Assembly: GCA_017499595.2 (NCBI GenBank)
Contig: CM039009.1
Location: forward strand, 2,294,001 to 2,358,000
DNA from: Psilocybe cubensis
Lineage: Eukaryota
Length of the DNA: 64,000 nucleotides
Direction: 5' to 3'
Shown here: piece by piece, positions 1 through 13,564 of the stretch
How positions within the stretch are numbered: position 1 is the first letter of the stretch
Layout of the letters: each line of letters starts with the position of its first letter
The notes under the pieces: model-generated
Databases searched by the model: none
The model's input: only the letters and a program-made list of their open reading frames with translations
What the model was told of the DNA's origin: nothing
Made by a program: the position numbers and the translations under genes

Positions 1-244
1 AAGATGACGATGACCTGTTGACAATTTGAGTTACGGTGGCAAAACGTGGATGAATTGGACGTAATGCTACGTACGATGAAAATTGGCGCTTAAAGTTTGG
101 AGAATCTAAATCGTATTTTCCCAGCTTTGGAGGAATCTTTTCGTTTTCGTTGGGTAGGAATAACGCGCGTGTCGACTTGCATGCGAACGCGAGGAGAAAG
201 AAAGGAATGTTTGTCGTCGGAAGACTTTGGGATTGACGCGCCAT
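1..244 (-). CDS. Partial (5' end) putative secreted/membrane protein
   Basis: ATG at 244 gives MARQSQSLPTTNIPFFLLAFACKSTRALFLP...NFKRQFSS (hydrophobic signal-like stretch, KR site), then a GTACGT..CAG intron and a Ser-rich exon running off the window edge. Confidence 0.45.
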   Translation of the reverse strand, partial: MARQSQSLPTTNIPFFLLAFACKSTRALFLPNENEKIPPKLGKYDLDSPNFKRQFSSYVALRPIHPRFATVTQIVNRSSSS

Positions 245-719
245 CGAAGCGGGGTGGTCAGAGAACGATAGGGGAATGAGAGTTATGACCTGGGGTGCAT
301 CGGTAGGGGTTTAGAACGTAGGCCAGCAAGACGCTCAAAGATTGAGACAGAAAGACGGATCGTCGGCTAGTTGAAGCATAGCATCGGATGCATTTGTTGC
401 ATGCTGGTTGCATTGCTTCCATTATGGACATTCGAAATTCGCCTACAAGACAAGACAACATATGCAAGCATGTTTTTCAAAAGAGGCTCATAGGACTATT
501 TTGCGGATGCACTATCAGCAAAATATGATTGAACTACTTGTAAAGTATCTATGTGTGGGCGGCGGTATAATAAAATGTCGTAAATACATGCAAAATCAGG
601 AAAAAATGTAGGTATCTCAATCAATGGAATGTGGGTCCGTCCATGATATAATTTACTAATCAAAGTGACGCTTTCCAGAGTCAACAAGTTCGCTTTTCGT
701 ATGATTATCAATACACATA

Positions 720-2040
720 CTACACCGAATTGCAGGAGCTACAAAAGCATTGCGTCTTGGTGCTACCAGGGACGTGCGATTGATGACCAAATAAATTATG
801 CGTGTCGTTAACGGAGTCGTAGTGGGGCAGGCTTTCGGTGCCGGAATGCTGGTATGACAGGAAAAGGGGTGTGGAGCGGTTCTTTACATCTGTTGGTGCC
901 TCAGGCATTGACTGCTGCAAGCGTTCAAGGTCCTTGATTTTCGCCCTGAGCGAATTCAGCTCTTCAAGAATTGCAGGATTTGTCGACGTTGATGAGCTAG
1001 CCAGGGCTGAACCGGAGTCATCCCGCGATGAATAGAGGACACCCCCACTGAACGGGTCCGACGGCGATTCAGTAGAGATTTGATGACTACGGCTTTGCGA
1101 GCTGTAAGACTTGAAGAAAGCTGACGAGGAAGGGTGGGAGTACATTGCAGTGGGATTACCGCTAAGTGAGTCCTGTCGTTTCAGCCTCTGGAATTTGATT
1201 CTTTTTCGTCGACAGAGATAGATGAGGAGTGACAATATCAGAGTAAGTAAAGCTCCCAGAACACCTCCAATTATGGCAGCCAATGGAGGTCCCCCTACAG
1301 AACCTGAAGACTGGCCTGCCGTTGAAATTGGATTAAAGCTACTCGCGGCCACGGACGGTAAAGTTGATTTGCTGGGCGAATAGCTGGAGGAGTAGTTTGA
1401 GAAAAGTGAGGAAGTCACAGCAGTTGCGGAGATTGTGATGGCACCAAAAGAGGTCGTAGAGATTGGGGACGATGTACTGGCAGACGATGATTGCATTCCA
1501 CTACAGTATGTTATTATTCAAATTGATATAACAGAGCGACACATGGTGAAAACTTACACTCCTGGAGGAAAAAATGCTATCGATTCCGCCAACAATCCTC
1601 GACGTGGGCTGGTGATCAGTCGTTCAGCAGTCTTCAATTCTACGAATATCAAATTAGACTTACGATGATTCTACCAGGCGAATTTTGTACCTCCCTGAAT
1701 CAGGGTAGGAAGCATCCACCAAGGAATAAGTGCGTTGTTCGTTGTTGTAGATCACAACAGTATTATTCAACGAGAGGGAGTCTGCCGTGATTTCGCTATA
1801 CAGCACGGTGTCCGCCAAAATGTTAGTTGCGTCAGAACTTGAGCTGACAATTGTGTAGGCCTCTGGTACTTCATAACCAAAAGTTGCGTTGTAGCCGTAG
1901 TTGAGGAGGATTTGGTAACCGTGGATACATGTGGCGAAGCAGAAAGTTACAACCAACAACAATCTGGTGAACACGGATTGAGCTCGACTTTTCTGATGAA
2001 GGAAATGCAAAATGGGATCATACAAAGGGTGATTTGACAT
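720..2040 (-). CDS. Single-pass type I membrane protein with Ser/Thr-rich stalk (Mid2/Wsc-like architecture), multi-exon
   Basis: N-terminal hydrophobic segment (LLLVVTFCFATCIHG), Ser/Thr-rich region, TM helix AAIIGGVLGALLTLILSLLIYLC followed by RRKR, short cytoplasmic coiled-coil; GT-AG introns near 1660 and 1500-1555. Confidence 0.7.
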
Positions 2041-3324
2041 CGCCAAAAACTCTTTACTAATATCTAAAATCTGCAACTGCGGATTCGCATGTCGCACCGG
2101 GAGCGCTAGCAGGGAGGTGGGGGACGAAGGCAAGGATTGATTGAGTATCCACTGGGCCGCAGTAAGATTTCTCCATTATTGACATGGCGAACCATCCCCG
2201 TGAAGAGAACCTGAAACATGACGGAAACATTCGGGGTCTAAATCATGAATGATATTCGACCTTTTTGAACTTCTGAGTTCCAACGCCCGTCCACACTGTA
2301 TGCTGTACTGGAACGATTATAACCAGAGGAGAGGCGCCGCTATATCTCATGTCATTTCAGTCGATCTTTATAGGTCTAGAGAGTGAGATAGTCCCGAATG
2401 AGTGAGTGGGAATATCCCGGCTTCGGCAATTCAGTATGGAAGCAGTACAGAGATAAGATGAACTTGATCTTTGTTATCTGATAAAGTAGTGTCAGGATTG
2501 TCTTGGCTCCTGTTGCCGACATTGCGCCGATGATTGTCATTCCCCACATCCAAGCTATCAGCCTTGAAACAGTCATCATCGGACTTCAGGAACCAGATTT
2601 TTCAACAGTAGTATAACCTACTGTCAGATACATGGTTTTGTCAGTCTCATTTATTTTAATTAGCAGAAGATTTGACAAAAAAAATCTGAGCAAAGGTTCC
2701 TTCTACTATTAATACTCTTTCCATTGGGACGACTAGATAGTTTGAATGGCCGGTGCTGATCCGATATTTTGGAGATGTAGTAATTCAATGGCTGCCTAAA
2801 AGTTAAAACCCTATGGAATTCTCGTTTCGTAGGTCAGGTAGTGACTAAACACAGAGTTGCATATATACGGATTTGCATTCATTCTAACCTTATTACGTGC
2901 AGATATACCGTCAAGTATTCGGTGTTCGACACACTTCCCAGACCATTGCAGACCTGAACTGAAGAAACATGGATATATACCATGATTTCTAGTTCTGAAC
3001 AGGGGGACTTCTCGATCTCCGTGACGGGCGATCAGTTGTATGCATAGGAACAACTAAACGCACATGGTGCGTTCTTTCCCGTTTCTTGACTTTTATGTAA
3101 AGATCACCGACACCCCTGGATCAAAAGGTTTAGTTTGGCAAAGTTATAAAAAGTGGAGTTAGTCTTCGTACAAACTCTATCGACTGACCCCATACGCCCC
3201 CAGGCATCTCCACACTCCTTACCCATCTCGCCCAACGTCTCTCCAGGTCACCCGCGGCCAACTTGACCAGCTAGCGAAGCAGATTGAAACTCGCCTAGTC
3301 CAATCTTCGTGCTTATTTTTGAAG

Positions 3325-4976
3325 ATGAGAATTCCAATCACTTTGGCCTTCGTGGCTTCGAGTGTCTCGTGGTCGTCAAGAGTTTATGCTGCCACTGTAG
3401 CAACTGACGTAGCTGTAGGAGTTGACGCCACCGTTTCTACGGATTCCGCCTCTGCAGGTTCTGCTTCCTCAATTTTTGGCTCGTACTTCCTTTCGGAGAG
3501 CATCGTTGGACACGATTTCTACAATCATTTCAACTGGGAGAACATTTCCGACCCAACTCACGGGCGTGTGTGAGCACATTTTTTCGCCTTCTATTCTCCG
3601 ACGTTATCTGAAGCCGAATAACCCACCAGAGTCTATGTCGACGAGAAGACATCTGTCCAACATAATTTGACTTACGCCAAATATAACTCATTCGTTCTCC
3701 GGACCGACAACAAAGCCATCCTGGACCCCGACGGCCCTGGAAGGGAGTCTGTCCGCATCATCACAAAAAAGAGTTACACAACTCACGTCGCAGTGTATGT
3801 GTTATATCCTGATATTCTTTGGGTCTTACTCACATTGTCTTGTAGTTTCGATGTTCGACATATGCCACAAGGATGCGGGTGAGTTTTTGTTCGGTTGACG
3901 CGTTAAATGCAAGCTCTTCAACCGAAGAGTCGCGATCTATTTATAATAACTCGGCTGAATGCTTATTTTAGGACATGGCCTGCAATTTGGTCGACCACCG
4001 CTCCGCCCGATCCTAGCTGGCCCAACGGCGTAGGTACAGAACTGAACATTTGATCAGCCACTGACTGTTACTTTCTTACAGGGAGAAGTCGATATCGTCG
4101 AAGGTGTCAATGACCAAGGCCCCAACGCCGCAACCCTTCACACTACTACAGGTATGTTTTTTAAATCAGGTTCTAGTATGCTATTCGCTTCAACCTCAAC
4201 ACTTTGTGATTGACAGGATGCACTATGCCCGAAACGCGTCCACAGCTAGGGCAAGTCTCATTTAAGTGTTTCTCCCAGGTTCATTAACTTACCCTCTCGC
4301 CTTTACAGAACTCCCGGACAGAACGACTGCGACTGGCTCGTCAACTATAACACCGGATGCACCGTCAAAATGTCGGGCCCCAACACTTACGGACCCAGCT
4401 TCAATGCCAATGGAGGTGGATGGTTCGTCACAGAGCGCACAGGCGACCATATCAGCGTCTGGTTCTGGCAGCGCAATGACCCCAAAGTCCCATTCGACGT
4501 TAAGTATGGGAGCCCAATTACCACCCCACGCACATGGGTAAGGCTCCTCAATGTTTAGGTGCTACTTTATAATACTGACTCGCGGGTTCACAGGGAAAAC
4601 CTCAGGCGTTCTTCCCGAACACCAACTGCGATTTCAAGAAGTTCTTCGCACCCCACCACATAATCATCAATTTGACGCTTTGTGAGTTGTGTATCATCCG
4701 TAGAGTCCACTTCGAATTCTTACAAGCTTTTTTAGGCGGTGATTGGGCTGGCCAAGCAGACGTTTATGCTTCTTCTGGATGCCCATCGACCTGCCTTGGT
4801 AAGTCAATCTCGGCATAATTGGCGTGGCGCAGCTCTAAAACGTCATCTGTGTCCTGTTAGACTATGTAAACAACAACCCCGCTGCGTTCTCGAACGCATA
4901 CTTTGACTTTGCCTCTGTCCGCATATACCAGCCCACTCCTTTCCTTCACAACCGGGGGCATCACAGCACATTCTAA
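3325..4976 (+). CDS. Glycoside hydrolase family 16 endo-1,3(4)-beta-glucanase (Lam16A/MLG-like), multi-exon, secreted
   Basis: Signal peptide; DPTHGRV.YVD, GPGRESVRI, HMPQGCGTWPAIW, catalytic GEVDIVEG (ExDxxE), FNANGGGW, INLTLCGDWAG motifs across spliced exons; stop TAA 4974-4976. Confidence 0.93.
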
Positions 4977-5916
4977 GCACTCGCCTTTACCTCTGACGGA
5001 TCCTCGGATTTTGGCATTCAGTCTTATTAAAGGTTAAATGGTCAAGGTGGATTAAGATATGAGCTGATATGCCATTAGCAACGGAATATCCGTCTGCGCG
5101 TTCTCTTCAGAACGGTATCAATGGTAGTGAGAGGGTGTTTGTATATCCAAAATTGACCTTACATACATGTTTTAATTGAAGCTTTGTAGCTGTTGCTGTC
5201 GTTAATAATATCACTCATTTTTACTGATTGCTCTTAACTTGGGTGAAAGTCTTTCATATCCATCGGTTTTGGGTCTCAAATGGGACGCTAGAAAGGCCTA
5301 TTAACTCAAAAAAATGGCCCTATAATCTTAAAGGGGCTGAAACACTCTAAAGTTTTCGATGGTCACCGTGTCGACAGATACTGTCCACAACCGTTCTAAA
5401 AATAAACACTAATCATGAGCTAAAAATAGGCCTGTCTATTCCTTAGTGTGACCATGCAGCGCATTCATGGACTGGATACACATGATGTGATAAACAGTAT
5501 GGCAACTATCCAACTATCTCATCTTTGCTACTATTCTAAATGCCAAGTAGTGACATTAAAGTCCCAGGTACTCTTATTATAGCAGTTCGACAAATTTTCG
5601 ACATGCATACACCTTTCCATGTGATGTATCAGCTCATTAGTACTCCTTATAATCTCGTGCCTGACAACACTACAAGTTTGCTTCCAGTAACTTTTGGACT
5701 TTTTTTCTCCCGAATAACTGACAGACCAATAGGTCCAGTTCAGATCATGCGGAATGCCTTCGTGGCAGCGATGATATATATAAGTACCCTGTTGGCTGGA
5801 TCCGAAATGTGATACAAAATTTATAAAAACCAGCTTTGCTGGGCGTTTCAAAATACCTACTTCCCTTCTCTCCTACATCCTCACCACCAAAAGGTTTTTG
5901 AGTAACCGAATTGGCC

Positions 5917-7573
5917 ATGCTGACTCGCAGGAAGTTGATATGCACTCTATTGCTCTCCTTAGCATTCCTCAATCCAGCTCTCGCTAAGACATACGCTCTC
6001 ACCGACACAGTCGTCGGATCTTCCTTCTACAACTTCTTTGAGTGGGAAGCAATTGACGACCCAACACACGGGAGAGTGTGAGTGATATCTAGCATTGGAC
6101 ATCATCGCAATAAACTGAACGTTGTATTTCATCCATTATTTAGGAACTACGTCGACGAGCAAACTTCACGAGCCCTCAATCTGACATTCGCCTCTCCAGA
6201 CTCATTCATCCTGCGAACCGACTTTGAGAACGTATTGGACCCCAATGGTCCAGGACGTAATTCAGTAAGAATAAGATCAGTAAACACATATACGAGTCAT
6301 GTCGCTGTGTGCGTAGAATGTTGCTGTAGGTCGACCTTTGGAAAGCTTATATTTGTTTTGGATTAGGTTCGACGTTCGACATATGCCTCAAGGGTGTAGG
6401 TAAGTCAGCAAACAACTCATCTTCTAATAGGACAGAGATGAGCTTGTTCACTCACTTTGTTGCATAGCACCTGGCCGGCCATCTGGGAAACGAAGGAAAG
6501 TGATTGGCCAGTAGGGGTGCGTGATTTGAGTTTCAATCGACATCATCTTGAAATGCTTGACTAACTCAGTACATACATATTTAAATCGCAGGGAGAAATC
6601 GACATCGTCGAAGGTGTGAACGACCAAGTTCCCAATGCGGCAACCGTTCATACTTCTCCTGGTGAGTATCACATTTTCAGGATTGCATACCTTGCTAAAA
6701 CGGCGTGTGGGACCCTTTACAGGTTGTGTTATGCCTGCCGACAGAGCACAGACTGGGTAAGCCAAGTACAAAACCAATAAACATCAACAACAACTCACAA
6801 CTCCACTCCAATACCACAAAAACAAAACTCCACACAAACTCGACATACCACTATATTTATTACCCAGAACAAGCGCCCAACTGGATTGTAACACCGAAGT
6901 TAACGAAAACGCCGGGTGCTCCGTAAGCTTCCAATCACCATCGACGCCAAACAGCTACGGACCACCATTCAACGCTAACGGTGGAGGGTGGTACGCCATC
7001 GAGCGATCAGATTCGTTTATCAAAATATTCTTTTGGCCACGCAACGATGATTCGGTCCCACGAGAGGTCTCGACGGGCGCTCGGCGCGTCAACCCTGATG
7101 GTTGGGTATGATTTGCCCCTTCACATATTACGATTGGAGTGATTGGAACATTGATTTGGGATGTTGTTCTGTGCAGGGAACGCCCGCTGCGTTTTTCCCA
7201 TCGACGAGCTCTTGTGATTTGGCGGAGCACTTCGAGGAGAATAATATCATTATCAATCTAACATTATGTGAGTATTTGCGTTTACACCTTGTCAACCTTG
7301 AAGCATAAAATCTTACTACGACACTGCATACGACGCTGAATCGTAAATTGAAGGCGGCGACTTTGCAGGAGCTGTGTACCCAGCTTCAGGATGCCCAGGT
7401 ACCTGCGTCGGTAAGTGCTTTCACCATTTATGCGTACACGAGTGACGAGATTCTGTTTGCTCACCTCGTCAAATAATTAAATAAATAAAAATCCAACAGA
7501 TTTCGTGAACAACAATCCTTCGGCATTTCAAGACGCGTTTTTCGATTTCAGCTCTATTCGCGTGTATCAGTGA
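5917..7573 (+). CDS. Glycoside hydrolase family 16 beta-glucanase, tandem paralog of 3325-4976
   Basis: Signal peptide MLTRRKLICTLLLSLAFLNPALA; DPTHGRVNYVD, GPGRNSVRI, WPAIWE, GEIDIVEG, FNANGGGWYA, INLTLCGDFAG; same intron positions as paralog; stop TGA 7571-7573. Confidence 0.93.
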
Positions 7574-8139
7574 TGTATCATAAGGAGATTATATGGGATT
7601 TAACGGGACAAAAGGATGTAAATTGTAGATTCTAAATGGATGACTTGGGAAGAAATCAATATGAATATACATGTAATAGTACAGAGATAGTAGCAAAACA
7701 TACCGCGAAATACTGTTTTTTACCACCAAGATCTCAAAGTTTAGCCAGCATCAGATATCCACAGAGAGAAGAGAGAAATGAAGAAGAACGAAAACGCAGG
7801 GTTTGCATCCAGACCGTGCTAGAACAAGTCATTAACCGGAATCAAGATTCCCACTCCCTCTCCCAACAATCACTGGCAGGTTGCAAAACCATGAATTTGG
7901 CATTTTATTTGTAAAACGGATTAAAAATGGGCGATGTTTTTCCACGCCGCAAAGCACATTATGTGCTTGCACCAAGGAGTCCTTCAGTTCAAGCCATCCG
8001 AAAATCTAAACATGCCATCTAGATATCAATAGAGCTATTAAAAAGACGAATGACAACGCTCAAGAAGAACTCAAGAACTCTCTATGTAACCACCTCCCCT
8101 CCACTCCCCCTTGCCATATTTTTTTTCCAAAACTTAAAT

Positions 8140-9237
8140 CTACTCAACAGTCCCCGACGACGTGATGGTGACTTTGGCAGTTGGCCTCCCGCTCTCCGTG
8201 CCGGTCTTCTCAATGGCCTTGACGACCTCCATACCTTCGACGACTTTGCCGAAGACGACGTGACGGTTGTCCAGCTTTGTAGAGTAGAACAGAAGATAAG
8301 AATGCGAATCACCAAGCCATGAGAAAAAATTAGAAACCGAGAACAGAAAGAGGAAAAGGAGGAAAGACGTACCCAGGGAGTTTTCACGGTGGTGATGAAG
8401 AATTGCGAGCCGTTGGTGTCGCGTCCGGCGTTCGCCATGGAAAGCAGCCCAGGCTCGCTGTGCTTGTGCGCAAAGTTTTCGTCTGTGTAAATTGATGAAA
8501 CAAGGATGGGTACAGTTCACGTCATTGAGACAGGGAAGGGCCGAAACTTACCTGCGAATCTAGGTCCGTAAATCGACTTTCCGCCGGTACCATTGTGGTT
8601 TGTAAAGTCGCCACCTTGCAACATGAACTACCCGTCCCCAACATCCCAAACGAATAAGACAACAGCAAGTAACCAAAAAAAGTGAAGTGAGCGTCAACCT
8701 CGTTTCTCAACCGGTACGTATACGGAGGTCTGTCGTGAAGAAGACACGTACGTTGGGAATGACTCGGTGGAAGATGCTTCCGGCATATCCGAACCCATGC
8801 TGACCTGTCGCGAGTTCGCGGAAGTTGCGCGAGGTTTTGGGGACTGTGTCGTCGAATAGCTGGAACACGATGCGCCCGGATGGCTTGGAGTTGATGGCTA
8901 CATCAAACTATACCCCCGTACACGAGTCGAAATTCGAAATTTATACGCCATTACAATATATGTATTGGTATTGGTCATGTAGTTTGAAAGCCCGAAACCA
9001 AGATGGTTTATTAAGAAGAGATTCACTAGCTCGTCAGAATTAACATTTCACATACAGTGTAAGCTAAAAACTCACGAAAACATTCGCCCTGGAGTTGAGC
9101 GACCCAGAAGGAGAAGCAGCAGCAGAATTCTCGTTCAGCACGGCGTACACTGGAAGAGCAGAAGCAATAGCGAGAGTGAAGTACATTGTTTTACCCGCCG
9201 AGGCGGAAGTAGTGAATCGTCTAAGAAACGAGGCCAT
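8140..9237 (-). CDS. Cyclophilin-type peptidyl-prolyl cis-trans isomerase with N-terminal presequence (likely mitochondrial, CypD/Cpr3-like)
   Basis: Spliced product contains [92 protein letters not shown]-terminus [14 protein letters not shown] is Arg/Ser/Ala-rich with no acidic residues. Confidence 0.93.
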
Positions 9238-9774
9238 ATTTTGTTACTTTTGGTGTAGAGAAGAAAAAAAAAGAGGAACAAGAAAGCGGAGGAGGTGTGG
9301 AGTTGTTGGAGAGAAACGTCGACACGACAAACCCCGCGGCCGAGTCCCTAACGCGGCCGACGAAAAATATCAGGGTCACATGATCTCTCCACGACGCGTC
9401 GCGCCGCGAGAGCTTAAGGTGACTCGGTAAAGTTTTTGAGAGCCGCAAGCTCTAAACCTCGAATCCCATTTCCCAAACTGAAGTGCTGTAGTAAATAGAA
9501 GATCCCAGCCAAATCATCACCATCTTCGGGCAAAATAATTGAACTGCGCGGATTTGCGACATTCCAGTGCCCCTATGAAGCTGGGCGGCGGTAGGGTTAT
9601 ATTGCTTTATAGTCATCAAGAAAGATATGGTCAAGAAATAATGAATTAATGCTTTATACAGTAAAAACGCCATGATTGGCCAAGAAAGATATCTACAGTA
9701 GAATAATAGAGCAGAGAAGTAACATAAAATAGTTTTAGTTGCATTACAAAAACGAAAAGAAAACGGGCAATTGC

Positions 9775-11068
9775 CTAATTCACGTCGACCAATGAAACGG
9801 GATTTTGGGCAAAATATTCAGTTAAAGCCGAAGGGTGATCGATAAGAATCGAAATGCGTTGCGCAGGGATTCCCAGGGGATGCCGACCGTCGTCAACAAC
9901 AGTGACCTTTACTTTCCCTCCGCATACACGGGGTACCGTTTTAGCCGTGACCTGGGGTGTCTGTGTCTGTGCCTGCGCAAGTCTAGCTTGTCTAACAAGG
10001 TCGCCCTGCGTCCCTTTCATCGTTGTCTTGCTGCTGGACAGCGCTGGCGCTGGAGCGGGTGCTACAGGGACAATCTGGTCGCCTAGACATCTGCACGGAT
10101 ACGTCGCGGTGCGAGCCATGGTTTCAAAGTCACAGGAAGGCGTTGGATTACGATGACTATATATATGCGTTCATCAACACAAGACAGAAAGAAAGAGTAA
10201 AGAAATACGCACTCGAATCGGACACGTGCGATTTTCCGCAGATCTCTCGCTACCAATTCGACGCGCCTGAGGTTATCGATGGTACTATTCGCAATTATCG
10301 CGTGAAACCCGTGAAATTTTGGGTTTTTCCCTTTAGTATATGCTTTCGAAGCGCGGCTTTTAAGAGCTTCGTACAGCGCAGTGGCAGTCTGGTACTCTTT
10401 GCCATCCCCAGCAACCTAAAAAGAAAGAGGAAGCACATCCACATTTGCGCAGTGAACCAACAAAAAAAAGGAGTAGGACGTACACTTATAACCCCCTTGC
10501 CCGTATTCGCGCGCTTATTGGCTTTGCGGACCACGCTAGAGGTTTTTAACCCGTTCTTCATGGAAGCCAGTGCCACCCTTTTTTCCTCGCCCTCCATTTC
10601 GTCCAACGTTTTTGCTGGCAGACGCTTCATCCCAACAGAAACCGAACTAGCACCTGCACCCGAAGTCCCAATAGCAGTACCAGTTCCTGCCCTCACATTC
10701 TCATCGACGATCATATCCCCCCATCCAGCTCCAGTTCCGTCTCCCCCTTTCCCAGCATTCAAATCCGAAAGCCAGGCCCTCTTCTTCGCGTCCTGTCTTT
10801 CCTTATACTTCCTATTCTGGATCCTATTTTTCTCCCGACATTTGGGGCAGGTTTTGTATATCTTGAACCGGATCTGCTCGAATAAGCAGCGGCATTGCGT
10901 GCATACGTCGCGTTTTGGCGCGACTGCTTGGTTCGGATTCGCCTTTGGTTTTGATGGTTCTGATACTGGTTCTGATACTGATACTGATACTGATTCGGGT
11001 TGTGCTTGAGGTTGGGCGGGTCTGCTTTGGTTGTTGAAATAAGGGCTTGACGACGCGTCTACCAGCAT
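9775..11068 (-). CDS. Hypothetical protein with CxxC...CxxC motif and basic helix, 3 exons
   Basis: ORF 10295-11068 (CTQCRC...KTCPKCREKNR) joined by GT-AG introns (~10415-10480, ~10155-10210) to ORF 9775-10119. Confidence 0.6.
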
Positions 11069-13564
11069 ATTTTCCTCTTTTGTATTGATGAGAGAACAAG
11101 GGTTTACAAGCCTTATAGAATAGGCGCGGATTAGAATAAGCAGTGATGAAGTTCAAAGTAAACCTGGAAAACGCAAGACAAAAAAGTTAAAGAATGAAAT
11201 CAACCGAAAGTTCAGTGACGCGTCACACGCCACATCACTCTGTAACGCAATCATGTGGGGTTACTATTCGTGTGCTTTGTCACACACCGGAGTTTCAAAT
11301 TTAAAAGCCGGCAATGACCGGAGATAGTCGATAGCCCCTTACTTCAAGTTGACTCTCAAGTGACGTACGGTGTCAAAATAGACTACTTAACAGAGTTCAT
11401 GGTTCTCATGTCGTGATAAAGCAGAGGAACGGCTATATATTAGAGGTGATATATTACTGGAGAGATATTCAAGTAAATACTACGGTGGTTAAACGTTGAA
11501 GTCTCGTCGTACACAAAAATCCACATATTTATTCGGTGTAATTTCCATCTTTTTTAATTTTGGAAAGGAAGGCTGTAATAATTCATGTAATCAATGTTCA
11601 CGCTCGACTCTCCATGTGGGCCACAACATATTTCACAGTGAACTGTGTGCTTGAGCTTCGAAAATTTTGTTTCTTTGACAAGGCGATCCTTTGTTGCATC
11701 TTGTCCATGCATACGTCCATGCGATCATGTTCTCGTCATCTCGCTGCCTTATGTTCGAATTTTCAAGTCAGTTTAGTCATCCAAAAAGTGAGCATCAGTA
11801 CCTCCAAATACAGCTCTATCAACCTTTAAAGCGTTGACTACCGTACTGCACACATGATCTTCTTATCCGCTAAAAAACATCAACCATCTCTGAAAACTGT
11901 ACATGCATCCATCCACCGGAGAGCACGCTCCCCGCCCCATCGGACTGCACAGCACCACCGACAGTTACGGTCTAGTCGGTGAGCAATGCAATATCCATGA
12001 GGCGGCCTCTCCGAATCTCCTAGATAGCTCTTAGTGGCGTATGTTAGAAAACCGAAATAGATTCATCGCAACGGCAAAACATACCTCTCCGCAAGACATG
12101 TTCCAACCGAAGATAGACATAACTCAAATGCCCGCACATGATATCCGGACTACAAGCGTGTAACGAAAACAGACCAGTTGGGTCCGTGTCCGTGATAACG
12201 ATCCAGAATCGGTTTCTTGATCCCCCGAGTGCTCATAGAACAAGGGCAGACGGACATCCGCATAGGCAATGACAGCGTGCAGAGGGACATCAAATACCAT
12301 CGGTGCCTTTTCTATGCGGCACTTTCAATCGGCGAGAAGTTGAGGCATCGTGAAGTCAGAACTGATTGAGATATAACCGATAATGTAACGATGTAGTGAG
12401 GCACAATACGACGTATTGCGGACGCGCTGACAACTGGCATGAAATGAATAACGCCAGAAACTGTCCTTAGCCATTAGAAATAATAGAATTGTATACGTAT
12501 ACGCCGGTAGATCGTACTGACCCTCGCCCAGACTATCTATCCGCCATCTAGGTCAGGCCCGAGCAGACACGCCACAGTAAAAATACGACTATATTCACGC
12601 AGCAATCAAAACACAAAACACCCGCTGGTAAGTTAAACAAACATACCGACATATCGAACGGTGACGATCTGACATTTCTTACAGTTCATCAGTATCAACA
12701 CTGAATCCATGCGGTATGAATATCCTGCTATAAAAACTACTAATATAAGTTTGACATCAGATCTACTGATGATCCGGACGTCCAGCAACGCAAATTAAAC
12801 AGTGAGAGCACTTGAGAACTGCACAATGTATCTGAAGGAGGGAATTTTGATGGCGTATGTATGACGTGTTAAGTAGGACCCTGTGTTGTTTGCCCCTAAC
12901 CCCTATATGGGGAGGGACCTAGTGTATAAAACCACCGCAAGACAGCAGCGATGACGTGTTGTCCCTGCAATTCATGCTTCGAGCATCCCTAATGCTAGGT
13001 TAAATCCAAACGGTAGACAGTAAGATAAATGGGAATAAGTGACATTATATCCTGCGAAGGGATATTAATAGTCCTCTTCACCTGGGTCCAACGCCAAACC
13101 CCTCACATCCAAAGTGCCATAGACTGGCAGCTGGGATCATTCAGAGAAAAGTCACCTTGTACCAAAAATGCCAGAGCAAATCGCAAAAATAGAGGAGGAG
13201 AGAGAGTGCTTTAACCTTTTTGTATTTATTGATACATACATACATGAAAAACAAAGGATCTGGGAAGAGGAATGAGGTTGGGTTGGGTTGATGTCAATGG
13301 GAGGAGTGTGTACAGGTTATTGACGGAGAAGTTGTAAGAAATGAGAAGGAAATCTATTTGTGTAAAAGACTAAAAAAAACCCAGGGAAACGCAGGAACAG
13401 TTTAAATTGGCAGGTGGAGGGTCAGCTGCTGCATGCGGTCATGAAATTTGCAATGTGTTTAGCTCGCATGCGAGGATTTGGCGGTGAAAGGTACATGAAG
13501 AGATTGAGAGAGCGAGAGAGAGAGAGGCCGTAAAAGGGAATAAATGTCGTCGAAAAATCATGAA

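Noticed and set aside
10023-11009. 328-aa plus-strand ORF
   Set aside because: Antisense shadow of the minus-strand spliced gene; no recognisable motifs
11850-12720. Intron-like signals and coding-like fragments on the minus strand
   Set aside because: Frames contain stops and no family is recognisable; probably a decayed gene but not supportable
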